From a virus (Duplodnaviria > Caudoviricetes), in IMG/VR virus record IMGVR_UViG_3300028886_000066, positions 1-64,000 of that record: a stretch of DNA of 64,000 nucleotides; one strand, 5' to 3'. This document shows positions 29,365 through 39,629 of the stretch, piece after piece. Both the position numbers and the translations under genes were made by a program. The notes under the pieces were generated by a model that was not told where the DNA came from, did no database searches, and was given only the letters and a program-made list of their open reading frames with translations. The stretch's first letter is position 1. Every line of letters begins with the position of its first letter.

Positions 29365-30045
29365 ATGGACATCAACCGACAACGGCGAAAGTATATCAGA
29401 ACCCGATTATTGGATAAAAACGCCATGAGCAGAAAGCGATACAAGAAAGTGCCTATTTGCGACCTTATGGGCGGTTGCATCGGTTACGAGTCACCCGAAA
29501 AGGGAATCAAGATAATAGAATGCGAGAAGTCACAAGCCGACCGCATCATCATCAAACATCATTATTCGCACAAGGTCACGCAAAACTCTTTCGTGTCGCT
29601 ACTGGTTATCTATAACGGCAAAGTAAGCGGAGCCTTGCAATGTGGCTACGGCATACGACCGAAAATTAAAGGCGACTACAACACCGACCAAGTGCGAGAG
29701 TTTGACCGCATGTGGCTTTCAGACGATATGCCGAAATTCAGCGAGACAATAACCCTCTCGCTGTTTCATCACTACATGAGGGCAGCGCATCCAGAAGTGA
29801 AGGTGCTTATCAGTTATGCCGACACAACGGCAGGCAACAAAGGCACCATCTACAAGGCTGCGAACTACGAGCTTGTTGACCGACTGAAAGCGGACTTTTA
29901 TCAGCTTCCAAGCGGTGAACGTATTCACCCCGTCAGCATGTGGCATCGTCACAAGACCCGAGCGTGGGAGTTTTTGCAAAAGCAATACCCAGGCATCATC
30001 CACATTCGTGACGGTGAGCAGTTGAAGTTTGTGAAGTATCTCTAA
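29365..30045 (+). CDS. mom: Mom-like adenine-modification enzyme (GNAT fold)
   Basis: II..HHYS.K, EFDRMWL.D..P..SE, LISYAD...G..GTIY.AANY. Confidence 0.8.
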   Translation: MDINRQRRKYIRTRLLDKNAMSRKRYKKVPICDLMGGCIGYESPEKGIKIIECEKSQADRIIIKHHYSHKVTQNSFVSLLVIYNGKVSGALQCGYGIRPKIKGDYNTDQVREFDRMWLSDDMPKFSETITLSLFHHYMRAAHPEVKVLISYADTTAGNKGTIYKAANYELVDRLKADFYQLPSGERIHPVSMWHRHKTRAWEFLQKQYPGIIHIRDGEQLKFVKYL

Positions 30046-30112
30046 TTCTTCACTCTTCACTTCGGCAGCAGTAAAGTTAAAACCATAAAAACGCCAATAA
30101 TGTAGCAAGATT

Positions 30113-30409
30113 ATGAAGGAGATTTCAGATGAGCTGTACGAACGGCTCGACTATCTTGGACTGATTCCCAATGAGGTGAGAGGGCATAACGTGGGCGCAA
30201 GCGACTACTCAAAGAGGCTGATTCAGCCGTGGTCGGTGTGGCTCTGCTATGACCTGAACCCTTGGGATGCGGATATTGTAAAGCGTGTTTTGAGGACTAA
30301 AGAGACGGACTCCCGACGGATGGACTACGAGAAGATTATCCATATCTGTCAGGAGCGTATCAGACAAATTGAGAAGGAGGGGTTATGCCTGCAAAATACG
30401 AACCGGTAA
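30113..30409 (+). CDS. DUF3310-like protein
   Basis: HNVG.SDY....IQPW, NPWDADIVKRVLR.K...D..KI. Confidence 0.7.
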   Translation: MKEISDELYERLDYLGLIPNEVRGHNVGASDYSKRLIQPWSVWLCYDLNPWDADIVKRVLRTKETDSRRMDYEKIIHICQERIRQIEKEGLCLQNTNR

Positions 30410-30891
30410 AGGAAGGGACATACTACAGCGTGAAGCATGGACGGATAGTCGTGCATCATGGCTGCTCTGTGAGGATTTATTGGAGCAAGGATATGCTCGA
30501 CTACTTGAAGCAGCACTACGCCACGACCTTGAACGAGGAACTTGCAGGATGTCTTGGTGTCAGTGTCAGGACGATGAAACGCAAGGCGAATGAGCTTGGT
30601 TTGGAGAAGGATTCTGGGTGGCTTCGTGGAGTCTATGATGAGCGCAGACGCATGGCGATGTCAGCGTGGAAGCGCAAGGGTAAGCCAGGCGCATTTAAGA
30701 AAGGCGTTCGCAGTTCGCCTGCGACGGAGTTCAAGAAGGGGCACACCGAGAGCGAGGAGACCAAGGCCAAGCGTATCGCATCCCTCAAGCGTTGGTACAG
30801 GATGAACCCTGAAAAAGTCATGCAGAGAGCCTTGAAAAGGGCTGAGACGAGGCGTAGGAAATCTAAAGGAGAAAGCGGAGTTGAAATGTGA
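30385..30891 (+). CDS. HTH/NUMOD3-type DNA-binding protein
   Basis: N.ELA..LGVS.RT..RKA.ELGL.K; FKKG repeats. Confidence 0.65.
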   Translation: MPAKYEPVKEGTYYSVKHGRIVVHHGCSVRIYWSKDMLDYLKQHYATTLNEELAGCLGVSVRTMKRKANELGLEKDSGWLRGVYDERRRMAMSAWKRKGKPGAFKKGVRSSPATEFKKGHTESEETKAKRIASLKRWYRMNPEKVMQRALKRAETRRRKSKGESGVEM

Positions 30892-30924
30892 GTTTTTGAA
30901 GTGAAAACACTATTAAAGAGAATA

Positions 30925-33465
30925 ATGGAATACATTGATTTTTTGAGAAAAAAGATGGCCGTGAGCGCGGAGAACGGCTTCGATGTGTCTGATATGGAAC
31001 TGACACCATCCTTATTTCCGCATGTAAAAGACACTGTAAAATGGGCGATAAAGGGTGGTCAGCGTGCCATATTCAGCTCGTTTGGTATGCAGAAGACGGT
31101 GACGCAGCTGGAGATTCTGCGCCTTATCGCCTTACATACAAACGGAAAATGCCTCGTTGTGTGTCCAAGGCGAGTCGTCGTTGAGTTTGAGGAACAGGCG
31201 AAGAAACACGTAAACTTGCCTGTAAAGTATGTGCGGACGATGCAGGAAGTCAAGGAAAATGAGCAGGACTATGACGTCTTCCTGACGAACTATGAACGAG
31301 TACGTGACGGAGAAGACGGCGTAAGGATTGACCCTAACTATTTTGTCGCAACATCATTGGATGAAGCAAGCGTTCTGCGTCAGTTTGATACGAAGACATA
31401 TCAGACATTCCTTCCCCGTTTTGCTAACGTGAAATACAAGTTTGTTGCAACTGCTACGCCAAGCCCCAACAGGTATGACGAAATGGTTCAGTACGCTGGC
31501 TATCTTGGCATTATGGATACCAATCAGGCTATCCAGCGTTTCTTCAAGCGTGACCAGACGAAGAACAACAACTTGACGTTATATCCGAATAAGGTTGATG
31601 AGTTCTGGACTTGGGTGTCAACGTGGGCATTGTTTATCACCAAGCCCAGTGATTTGGGGTATTCGGATGAAGGTTTTGAGCTTCCTAAGCTGACGGTTAT
31701 TGATGAGGTTGTCGGGGTCGATAACGATACGGCTGGCTATGACGAAGACGGTCAGAAGCGAATGTTCCGCGATGCCGCCGTAGGCTTGCAGGCTGCTGCG
31801 AAAGAGAGACGTGACAATATGCCTGCAAAGATTGCGAGGGTGGTAGAGATTCTGAACCGTCCCGAGAATAAGGATGACCATTTTCTTTTGTGGCATGACT
31901 TAGAGGCAGAGAGAATTGCGTTGTGTAAGGCTATTGATGGTTGCAAAGCCGTTTACGGCTCTCAGAGCGACGAGGAAGCAGACAAGAATGTGCTTGACTT
32001 TAAGGAGGGACGTTTGAAGTATCTTGCCGCAAAGCCCGAAATGCTTGGTGAAGGTCTTAATTTCCAGCACCACTGCCACAAGGCAATCATGTTTATCGAC
32101 TACCGGTTCAATGACAAGTTTCAGGCTGTTGCCCGCATACACCGATTCATGCAGAAACACGAAGTGACGTTATATCTTGTTTATGCGGAGAGTGAGCAGG
32201 AAATCCATAAGACATTTATGCACAAATGGGCACGTCATAACGAAATGATTGAGCGTATGGCTCAGATGCTTCGCAAGAACGGATTGTTTGGGACTGACAT
32301 AACAAAGAAACTGGAGCGTTACTTATTCTCGCAGCGTGAAGAAGAAAGTGGCAAATTGTGGCGAAGTATCAATAATGACAACTGTCTCGAACTTCCGCAC
32401 ATGGAAGATAACTCAGTAGGGCTTATCGTTACATCCATTCCTTTCAGCGACCAGTACCAATACACATCGACGTACAACGATATGGGCTTTAATGATGGGA
32501 ATGATGACTTCTTTAAGCAGATGGGCTTCCTGACACCTCACTTGTTGCGTGTGTTGCAGCCTGGTCGTATAGCTTGCATTCATGTGAAAGACAGGGTATT
32601 GAGTGGCTATAAGGGCGGTACATGCTTTCAGACCGTCGTTCCATTCAGTGACTTGTCCGTGCTGCATTACATCAAGCATGGATTCAAGTATTGCGGACGT
32701 ATCACGGTAGATACGGACGTTGTGCAGGAGAATAACAAGTCGTATCGTCTGGGATATACGGAAATGTGCAAGGACGGAACAAAGATGTCGGTTGGCTGTC
32801 CTGAGTATATTCTGATATTCAGGAAAGAGCCGTCAGATACGAGTGATGCCTATGCAGACGTTCCTGTAACGAAGTCAAAGGATGAGTACTCACTTGCTCG
32901 CTGGCAGATAGATGCTCATGGCGACTGGAAGTCAAGCGGAAATCGTCTGCTTTCGTATGATGATGTAAAGAATCTTACACTTGAAGGCATACGTGAATAC
33001 TACAAGAAGTATGCTTCTGAGCATATCTATAATTACGAAGACCATGTAGCTTTCAGCGAGACACTTGAAGCGGCTGGCAGGTTGAGCAAGGAATCATTTG
33101 TGCTTGCGCCTATTTCTCATAAGGACTATATTTGGGACCTGAGTGAGTATCAGCGTGCCAAGACATTGAACACCAAGCAGGCGAAAGCCGACAAGCAGGT
33201 TCATATCTGCCCACTCCCGATAGACTTGGTAAACCGTTGTATTGAAAGATGGAGCAATAAAGGCGAGTGGGTATTTGACCCGTTCAGTGGTCTTGCCACT
33301 GTTCCGTATTGCGCTATCAAGTTAGGTCGGAAGGGAGTTGGTACTGAACTGAACTACGAATACTGGCGTGACGGTCTGACTTACCTGCGTGAGGCTGAAA
33401 TGGACGTTCTTTCGCCGACGTTGTTCGACTTCATGGGATTTGAGTCTGAAAATAGTCAGCCTTAA
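30925..33465 (+). CDS. SNF2-like helicase fused to an N4/N6 DNA methyltransferase
   Basis: FGMQKT, LDEAS, TATPSPN, GLNFQ..R.HRF; VTSIPF and DPFSG.ATV MTase motifs. Confidence 0.88.
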   Translation: MEYIDFLRKKMAVSAENGFDVSDMELTPSLFPHVKDTVKWAIKGGQRAIFSSFGMQKTVTQLEILRLIALHTNGKCLVVCPRRVVVEFEEQAKKHVNLPVKYVRTMQEVKENEQDYDVFLTNYERVRDGEDGVRIDPNYFVATSLDEASVLRQFDTKTYQTFLPRFANVKYKFVATATPSPNRYDEMVQYAGYLGIMDTNQAIQRFFKRDQTKNNNLTLYPNKVDEFWTWVSTWALFITKPSDLGYSDEGFELPKLTVIDEVVGVDNDTAGYDEDGQKRMFRDAAVGLQAAAKERRDNMPAKIARVVEILNRPENKDDHFLLWHDLEAERIALCKAIDGCKAVYGSQSDEEADKNVLDFKEGRLKYLAAKPEMLGEGLNFQHHCHKAIMFIDYRFNDKFQAVARIHRFMQKHEVTLYLVYAESEQEIHKTFMHKWARHNEMIERMAQMLRKNGLFGTDITKKLERYLFSQREEESGKLWRSINNDNCLELPHMEDNSVGLIVTSIPFSDQYQYTSTYNDMGFNDGNDDFFKQMGFLTPHLLRVLQPGRIACIHVKDRVLSGYKGGTCFQTVVPFSDLSVLHYIKHGFKYCGRITVDTDVVQENNKSYRLGYTEMCKDGTKMSVGCPEYILIFRKEPSDTSDAYADVPVTKSKDEYSLARWQIDAHGDWKSSGNRLLSYDDVKNLTLEGIREYYKKYASEHIYNYEDHVAFSETLEAAGRLSKESFVLAPISHKDYIWDLSEYQRAKTLNTKQAKADKQVHICPLPIDLVNRCIERWSNKGEWVFDPFSGLATVPYCAIKLGRKGVGTELNYEYWRDGLTYLREAEMDVLSPTLFDFMGFESENSQP

Positions 33466-33538
33466 TACTTTTGCAACGTGTTTTCAAATAATTCTTCAAA
33501 AATTTTGGGATAGTGTGTTTTTTGTATTTGTGCGTGCG

Positions 33539-33546
33539 TAACTTTG
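33539..33546 (+). promoter_or_regulatory. -7 element (TAACTTTG)
   Basis: TAnnTTTG. Confidence 0.6.
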
Positions 33547-34171
33547 CATTGTGAATCAAGTCGTGACGGACAAGAAACACAGGTGCAAAGCGAAGAAATA
33601 CGACTATCAAGGCTTAGGCACAAGATATATCATCCAAGCGGAACACCTACAACTCCTTAGAATCACTTTTGCTTTGCATTAGAATTCGCAACCCGTCACG
33701 ACGAGAGTTGCAAGGGTTTCGCTTGCTTTTATGCCAGCACTCCCAAAAGACATAGAGGTTCCATCAGTGGCCACCTCGCGGAAACTCAACATTTCGCAAT
33801 ACAAAAGGCCCCTTATAAAAACATTGTCGGTGTAGATGCGGCAAGAAACATCTTCGGGGGAGCAAGCCAATTTCTCGCTCTGTGCGTAATCCTCACAACG
33901 AGAGACTTACATGACTCGACAACCCGCTTCTTTCTTGACGTAAACGAAAACAAAGATAAGCCCGAAGAAATCGGGGGAGTGAGGGACGGAAGTGCTACAC
34001 TGGCTTGAACGAAACTTGGAGCAACTGCAAAGTTGATGTTGAGCAAAGTCCAATGTTGAAGTTCATTCTCGAAACAAGCCCAAATAGGTTTTACATCTTT
34101 TTATGGGGGAGTGAGGGAATAAAGGATTAAGTGTGCATAAACGAAATTTTGTTTGAAAAGAAAAAAGAATT

Positions 34172-34432
34172 ATGAGAATTAGACAAGCAATACAGGTTGG
34201 CAATAACGTGACCAACATTATGAGTCTTCCGTGCATAGAAAAGTGCGTGAAGCGGAATGACAAGAATGGCTTGGAGTGGTTGGAGTACGTGACTACGGAC
34301 GGCGACATCGTTGAGCGTGGTGACTGGCTGTGTGAGACGGATGAAGACAAATGGATGCCGATGAGTGATGAGGAATATCAAAAGTTTGCCAAAAATGAGA
34401 ATACCGAAAACGAAACGATTAAAAGCGTATGA
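34172..34432 (+). CDS. Hypothetical protein
   Basis: 86-aa ORF. Confidence 0.65.
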   Translation: MRIRQAIQVGNNVTNIMSLPCIEKCVKRNDKNGLEWLEYVTTDGDIVERGDWLCETDEDKWMPMSDEEYQKFAKNENTENETIKSV

Positions 34433-35106
34433 TAGTTCAAGCAATGACACCCGACGAGGTGTATAGGGAAATGGAGCTTGACATGCCAGAGGTGTCGCGT
34501 TGGTGGCTGAGACAGCGGGAGGTGCTTATTAAAAGAGCATTGAAGATGATGAAGTTCCCGATGAACGTCTGGTATGAGTACAAGAGCAAGCGGCATAACA
34601 GGTGGCTTGTGCTGGCGATGATAATGGGCAGGAAGTACAACAACACTGGCATGACGGCTGTTGTGACCCTGCAGAAGTGGGAGCGTGGCTACGCCATCTA
34701 CTACACGCGGTGGCCTTGGCAGGTGGCGGCAGACAGGATGGTGATTCAGCCGCACGTCTTCGACCGCTACGGCGAGCGCATGAAGGTGGGCAAGACAGGC
34801 ATTGAGCTGATAAAGCACTACATCGAGCGCAGTCCGCATGGCGAGCCTACGGACAACAGTCGCTTCTCTGGCAGGAGCGTGAGGTACGGCGGGCGTGACA
34901 ATGTTTGCCTGAGCATTCAGGACGGCGTGCTGCTTGGTGAGAATGTGAACGGGATTTTTGTTGCTCATACGTTCATTACCTACGACATGGCGGGTGGACT
35001 CCAAAAAGAGGAGTTCGAGAAAAACAGGGCGAAGGTAAGGAGCAATGAGCAACTGTTGAGAGATATTAAGAATTACATGGAATACTTAAAACAACAAAAT
35101 CAATGA
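34429..35106 (+). CDS. Hypothetical protein (PH.F.RY.ER motif)
   Basis: 225-aa ORF. Confidence 0.7.
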   Translation: MIVQAMTPDEVYREMELDMPEVSRWWLRQREVLIKRALKMMKFPMNVWYEYKSKRHNRWLVLAMIMGRKYNNTGMTAVVTLQKWERGYAIYYTRWPWQVAADRMVIQPHVFDRYGERMKVGKTGIELIKHYIERSPHGEPTDNSRFSGRSVRYGGRDNVCLSIQDGVLLGENVNGIFVAHTFITYDMAGGLQKEEFEKNRAKVRSNEQLLRDIKNYMEYLKQQNQ

Positions 35107-35471
35107 GAAACGTAGAATTAAGTGAACAGGAACTGTTCGATTTGAGAGATGAAGTGTGTAGGCACATCGAAGAGAATGTTGATGACGTGCTGGCTGAACG
35201 TATTGGCGACGCGATTCTGAATGCGATGGTAGGCCCTGACGGTAAGGACACTGACGAACTGAGCACAAGGAAATGCTTTGTGAACCTTGTCTATGCCGTG
35301 GCGACGTTCCTTGACGCCCTGCTTGAGATTACCAACAGGACTCGCCCGAAGGACAAGCAGTTCAAGTGCGAGCAGTTCGGTGAGGAGTTTAGCGACCACT
35401 TGGATGCTTTCTGCTGCGTAAATGACTACAAGCGGGAAGATAGAGCGAAGATGAAGGAGAGTGAAGATTAA
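35103..35471 (+). CDS. Hypothetical protein
   Basis: 122-aa ORF. Confidence 0.65.
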   Translation: MRNVELSEQELFDLRDEVCRHIEENVDDVLAERIGDAILNAMVGPDGKDTDELSTRKCFVNLVYAVATFLDALLEITNRTRPKDKQFKCEQFGEEFSDHLDAFCCVNDYKREDRAKMKESED

Positions 35472-35549
35472 GGAGTTAGGGGCTGCGCGACGGTGCGCGG
35501 CTCTCTTCTTTTGTTGGACTTAAATTACATTATCGGATGGAAAGTAACT

Positions 35550-36335
35550 TCACCACAGAGTAAGCTGCTGTTGCTCTCGTTGGATGCGTTTCTGTGCCCA
35601 ATCGACATAACGTGGCGATATTTCGCTGCCAATGTAGTTGCGCTTTTCGCGAATGCAAGCAATAGCCGTCGTTCCTGTCCCCATGAACGGGTCGTAGATG
35701 GTGTCGCCCTCCTTTGAGTACAACAGCAGGAGTTTTCTGCACAAGACCGTCGAATACGTCGCTTTGTGTATCGGACAAACCTCGTCATTGTTCGGAGCTT
35801 CCAAGAAGTTGAAGTAATTCTTGTAGTGCTGTTGACCATTCGGACGCTGCACGCCTTTCTCCTTGTAGCAGTTGAACGTTGAAAGCTCAGTCTTTCGGCA
35901 GAATACGAACACGAACTCACAGATGCGTGTCAGCTTGTTTGTGCTCTCGCTGTTCGGTGCTGCTGATTTCTTCTTCCAAATGATGCAATCGGCAATCGTG
36001 AACGGGGTGTTCTGCATGACGCTTGCAACTGTCAGCCACATGAGCGCGATGTTCTCCGATGAATAACTGAGGTTGTAGAGTATGCACCCGTTAGGCTTTA
36101 ACGTCTTGTCGAAAGCGTTGAAGATGTCGTTAGTCCATGCGATGTATTCCTCATTCGGTCGGCAGTCGTCAAACTCGTCGTACCTGATGTTTACGTCGGC
36201 AGCGTCCAACGATGACCCCTTGCGGCTTGTATTGTATGGCGGCGATGTCATTATGACGTCTACGGCCATAATCCTTTCCATCGTCTTTATGCAATCTTCG
36301 TTAAAAATCGTATTGATGTCTGCGTTACTTTCCAT
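35550..36335 (-). CDS. N4-cytosine/N6-adenine DNA methyltransferase (beta class)
   Basis: TSPPY, DPFMGTGTT, IGSEI. Confidence 0.92.
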   Translation of the reverse strand: MESNADINTIFNEDCIKTMERIMAVDVIMTSPPYNTSRKGSSLDAADVNIRYDEFDDCRPNEEYIAWTNDIFNAFDKTLKPNGCILYNLSYSSENIALMWLTVASVMQNTPFTIADCIIWKKKSAAPNSESTNKLTRICEFVFVFCRKTELSTFNCYKEKGVQRPNGQQHYKNYFNFLEAPNNDEVCPIHKATYSTVLCRKLLLLYSKEGDTIYDPFMGTGTTAIACIREKRNYIGSEISPRYVDWAQKRIQREQQQLTLW

Positions 36336-36520
36336 CCGAGAAAGTAGCGAATGAGCGTTACATTACGAAGATAAAGTAAGATTTAGGGAAATTTGCCTGT
36401 TTTTGCAGAAATGCTACAAAAACGGGACTTTGAATAGAGAATAATATGTTTTAGCAACGGCTAAACTCTAATTTTTGCGGGTGGGATTCCAACTAAGGAG
36501 TCTCACCCCTTTTTTGTGTG

Positions 36521-36850
36521 TTAGCAGGCTGAGATTTCAGCCGTAAATCGAATTGTGTCCTTTGTCGCAAGCTTGCCGTCTCTGTTCCATATTAATGCTT
36601 CGCACGGCTCTAACAAAAGTGTCTCATTCCCTTCTTCATCGACATTTGCGAAGAAATCAAACTCGTATTCGTGCCGTCTGGATAAAAAGATTATGTTCCA
36701 TACACCCAGCTCGTTTGCTATGCCTGTTGTTACGTCGATTGCTTCATTGTCAGGATGATTGGTTATAACATCTGTCAGGTCATCGTTTAGCACTGCTACT
36801 TTTTCAATTTTGAGTCCATTGACCTCAAATCTAATGGTAATTTTTTTCAT
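36521..36850 (-). CDS. Hypothetical protein
   Basis: 109-aa ORF. Confidence 0.6.
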   Translation of the reverse strand: MKKITIRFEVNGLKIEKVAVLNDDLTDVITNHPDNEAIDVTTGIANELGVWNIIFLSRRHEYEFDFFANVDEEGNETLLLEPCEALIWNRDGKLATKDTIRFTAEISAC

Positions 36851-36915
36851 ACATTTACAACGTTTAATCAGAGTAGTTATTGTGCTTTAGGGAGAAATTA
36901 ACCTCCCTGAAAGCA

Positions 36916-37761
36916 TTATGAGTTGAAGAACGACATCGCTTCGGTTGAAGCCTTCTGCTTGTTGACCTTTATGTAGCGTTCGGTCATGGAAAGCGATTGG
37001 TGTCCCATATACTGAGAAATCTCTGGAACTGGAACACCCTTTGATGCAAGGATTGAGGCGAACGAACGGCGAGCCGTATGTTGGCCAACTAATTCGTACT
37101 TCTCCTTGGTAATCATTGAGCCGTGGTAATAGAGCGTGACCAAATCGTCGATTCCGCACTTCTTGCACACTTCCTTTAGTATGCGGTTGGTCGTTGTGCG
37201 CGAATACTCCTTTGAGGGCTTGTGTTTGAACAAGTCCTTGATGCGGTAGTGTTCGGGAATGACGGCGAGCGTGTGAGTCTTCCGTGAGACGTAAGAGAGC
37301 AGTCCATCCTGAATGTTCTCGTAGTCCAAATCGGAGACGTCGTTTCCTCTTGCACCACAATAGCACTCGATGAGGAAAAGGTTGAGGACGTCGCGCGTGA
37401 TGTCGTTCTTCTTTTCGTGTGGCAGAGCCTGATAGTAGGCGTCGATGCGGTGAACCTCTTCTTCGGTGAGGGCGATGTTCTGCTGTGGCACTTTCTTGAC
37501 TCGGAGAATTTTGGCGAACTTCATAGTAGGTAGTTCGACTTCGTCGGACACCATGTTCAGAAAGCTCTTGACGATGGCGCAATAGGTAAATGCGCTGTTT
37601 GGCGTGACAGTCTTGGTGAGGTAGGACACGAAATCGGTGAGATTGATGGCCGTGAGGTCGCACCAGTTGACTTCTTCTTTCCCGATTGCAGCCCGCATAT
37701 ACCTTACGAGAAATTCGTAATTGGGATAGCGGTGAATGAACTCTTTTTCAAATTTTTCCAT
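36916..37761 (-). CDS. Second tyrosine recombinase (Xer-sized, no arm domain)
   Basis: CGAR..D, KT, HTARRSF, MGH....MT.RY; catalytic residues intact. Confidence 0.88.
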   Translation of the reverse strand: MEKFEKEFIHRYPNYEFLVRYMRAAIGKEEVNWCDLTAINLTDFVSYLTKTVTPNSAFTYCAIVKSFLNMVSDEVELPTMKFAKILRVKKVPQQNIALTEEEVHRIDAYYQALPHEKKNDITRDVLNLFLIECYCGARGNDVSDLDYENIQDGLLSYVSRKTHTLAVIPEHYRIKDLFKHKPSKEYSRTTTNRILKEVCKKCGIDDLVTLYYHGSMITKEKYELVGQHTARRSFASILASKGVPVPEISQYMGHQSLSMTERYIKVNKQKASTEAMSFFNS

Positions 37762-37931
37762 ATCATTTCAGTTTTAAATTAGACATAAAAAGGAGCGACA
37801 CCGCAAGCTGATGCGATGCCGCCTTACACTCAAAAAACTCTTGATTATGAGCCTCGCGGCTGATAAGCGTCCCGACTCTGGGTTGGCAGGGCGGGGACTG
37901 AATGGAAGTCACGGCGGGCGTGACGTGATGG

Positions 37932-38231
37932 TTAATCCTTGCACCATGAGGCACAGGGAACGCCGTACTTGTCCTGATTGTCAAGCATACGGTAGGCTTT
38001 GCGGACGGCCTCCATGCGCTGCTTGTAAGGCAGACGGGAGAGGCGTTCGCCAGCGTTACTGCATGACTGACAGTAGGCATCGTACTGCTGCTCCTGGTCT
38101 TCGCTCATTGCAAGGACTTCGTCGGTAGTCTTCTGATTTTCAACGTGGTTGAGGAAATAGAAGGCATCCTCTGTGTAGTCGTCAACGTCGATACACAGGT
38201 CAGGGATTGTGAGAGCTTGTTGTTTTTTCAT
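37932..38231 (-). CDS. Hypothetical protein translationally coupled to ftsK
   Basis: Start MKKQQAL overlaps the ftsK stop. Confidence 0.6.
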   Translation of the reverse strand: MKKQQALTIPDLCIDVDDYTEDAFYFLNHVENQKTTDEVLAMSEDQEQQYDAYCQSCSNAGERLSRLPYKQRMEAVRKAYRMLDNQDKYGVPCASWCKD

Positions 38232-39472
38232 ATATAGATGAAGCCTCCCAAGCGGCTTTTGATAACTTTGCATCCGTACTTGTTCACGTCGCTACACACT
38301 CCGTTCGGCAGTTGTGGGATTTCTTTTTGCTTCATTACCGTCTGTTCACAGTTATCGTACTCGTCGGCAACCTCGTCGCAGAGTTGGATAACCTCTTCGG
38401 TGGAGATATAGGCACACTGGCAGCGCGTGGTGTCGCCACCGTCGTAGAAGAGCATATCGCCCTTTCCCGTCAGTTTCTCAGCACCGATACGGTCGAGGAT
38501 GACGCGGGAGTCAGTACCCGTGACGGTACGGAAAGCGATGCGGGTGGGGAAGTTCGCCTTGATGCGGCCTGTTACGATGTCGGTTGACGGTCGCTGAGTG
38601 GAGATAATCATGTGGATTCCGACGGCGCGGGCTTTCTGAGCGATGCGGCAGATAGCGTTCTCCATTGCAGTTCCCTTTGTCTGCATGATGAGGTCGCCGT
38701 ACTCGTCGATTATTACGACGTAGTAGGGGAGTTTTCCGTTTTGGCCTGCGGGGGAAGCCGCAGGCACGGTGGCGTTGTACTCCTCGATGTTGCGGACGTT
38801 GGCCTGCTTCAGGAGAGTATAACGCTCTTCCATGATGTCGATGACGCAATCTAAGGCTTTCTGAGCGTTTTCTGTGTCGGTGATGATAGATTCGCCATCC
38901 GACGAGAGTTTCGCGATGTACGGCCTTGCTATGCGTTCGTAGACGGTCAATTCAACTTGTTTCGGGTCGATGAGAATAAGTTTCAGTTCGTCGGGACGCT
39001 TTTTATTGATGAGCGAGGCGATAATGACGTTGAGTCCGACTGACTTACCCATTCCAGTAGCACCAGCCACGAGCAGATGAGGCATCGTGGCGAGGTCGGC
39101 CATGAAGACTGAGTTGTCGGTACGGCGTCCCATGCAGAGCGGGAGAGCCATGTCGGTTTCGCGGTAGTCGGAAGACTCCAGCATATCGGCGAACGGAATG
39201 ACGTTGCGGCTGACGTTGGGGACTTCGATTCCGACCGTTCCGTTAGGCATCGGTGCGATTATCCGTACTGACGGCACTTTGAGTCCGACTGCAAATTCAT
39301 CCTTGAGATTGCGGATTTTGGAGATTCTGACTCCGTCGTTAGGTGTCAGCTCATAGAGCGTGACGGTAGGGCCAGCGACGGCATTGATGTCCTGATAGCC
39401 TATTTTGAAGCTATGCAGGATTTCGCCGATACGTCGCTTGGTCTCGATGATTTCCTTGTTACTGCGTTGCAT
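38228..39472 (-). CDS. ftsK: FtsK/SpoIIIE motor (alpha-beta only)
   Basis: GPTVTLYE, MPHLLVAGATGMGKS, IDPK..EL, IIDEYGDL, ARAVGIH....TQRPS, AEKL.GKGDML. Confidence 0.92.
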   Translation of the reverse strand: MQRSNKEIIETKRRIGEILHSFKIGYQDINAVAGPTVTLYELTPNDGVRISKIRNLKDEFAVGLKVPSVRIIAPMPNGTVGIEVPNVSRNVIPFADMLESSDYRETDMALPLCMGRRTDNSVFMADLATMPHLLVAGATGMGKSVGLNVIIASLINKKRPDELKLILIDPKQVELTVYERIARPYIAKLSSDGESIITDTENAQKALDCVIDIMEERYTLLKQANVRNIEEYNATVPAASPAGQNGKLPYYVVIIDEYGDLIMQTKGTAMENAICRIAQKARAVGIHMIISTQRPSTDIVTGRIKANFPTRIAFRTVTGTDSRVILDRIGAEKLTGKGDMLFYDGGDTTRCQCAYISTEEVIQLCDEVADEYDNCEQTVMKQKEIPQLPNGVCSDVNKYGCKVIKSRLGGFIYI

Positions 39473-39542
39473 TTTTTATTTTTTTGCATTGCCGAGTGAC
39501 TTCTCCTCAGCACAAGGCTTCACAGCAAGCCCGATTCGGCAA

Positions 39543-39550
39543 CAAAGTTA
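39543..39550 (-). promoter_or_regulatory. -7 element (TAACTTTG) upstream of ftsK
   Basis: TAnnTTTG. Confidence 0.6.
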
Positions 39551-39629
39551 AACAATAATTTTAAATAACACTTGTTTCCGCAAGGTAATTTAACACCTTT
39601 GCGGAAGATTTTCGGAATAGTTTACAAAA

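Noticed and set aside
39576-39606. dif-like site (ttccgcaaggt-aatttaac-acctttgcggaa) next to ftsK
   Set aside because: The inverted repeat is real but does not match the XerC/XerD arm consensus; it may simply be a terminator or operator
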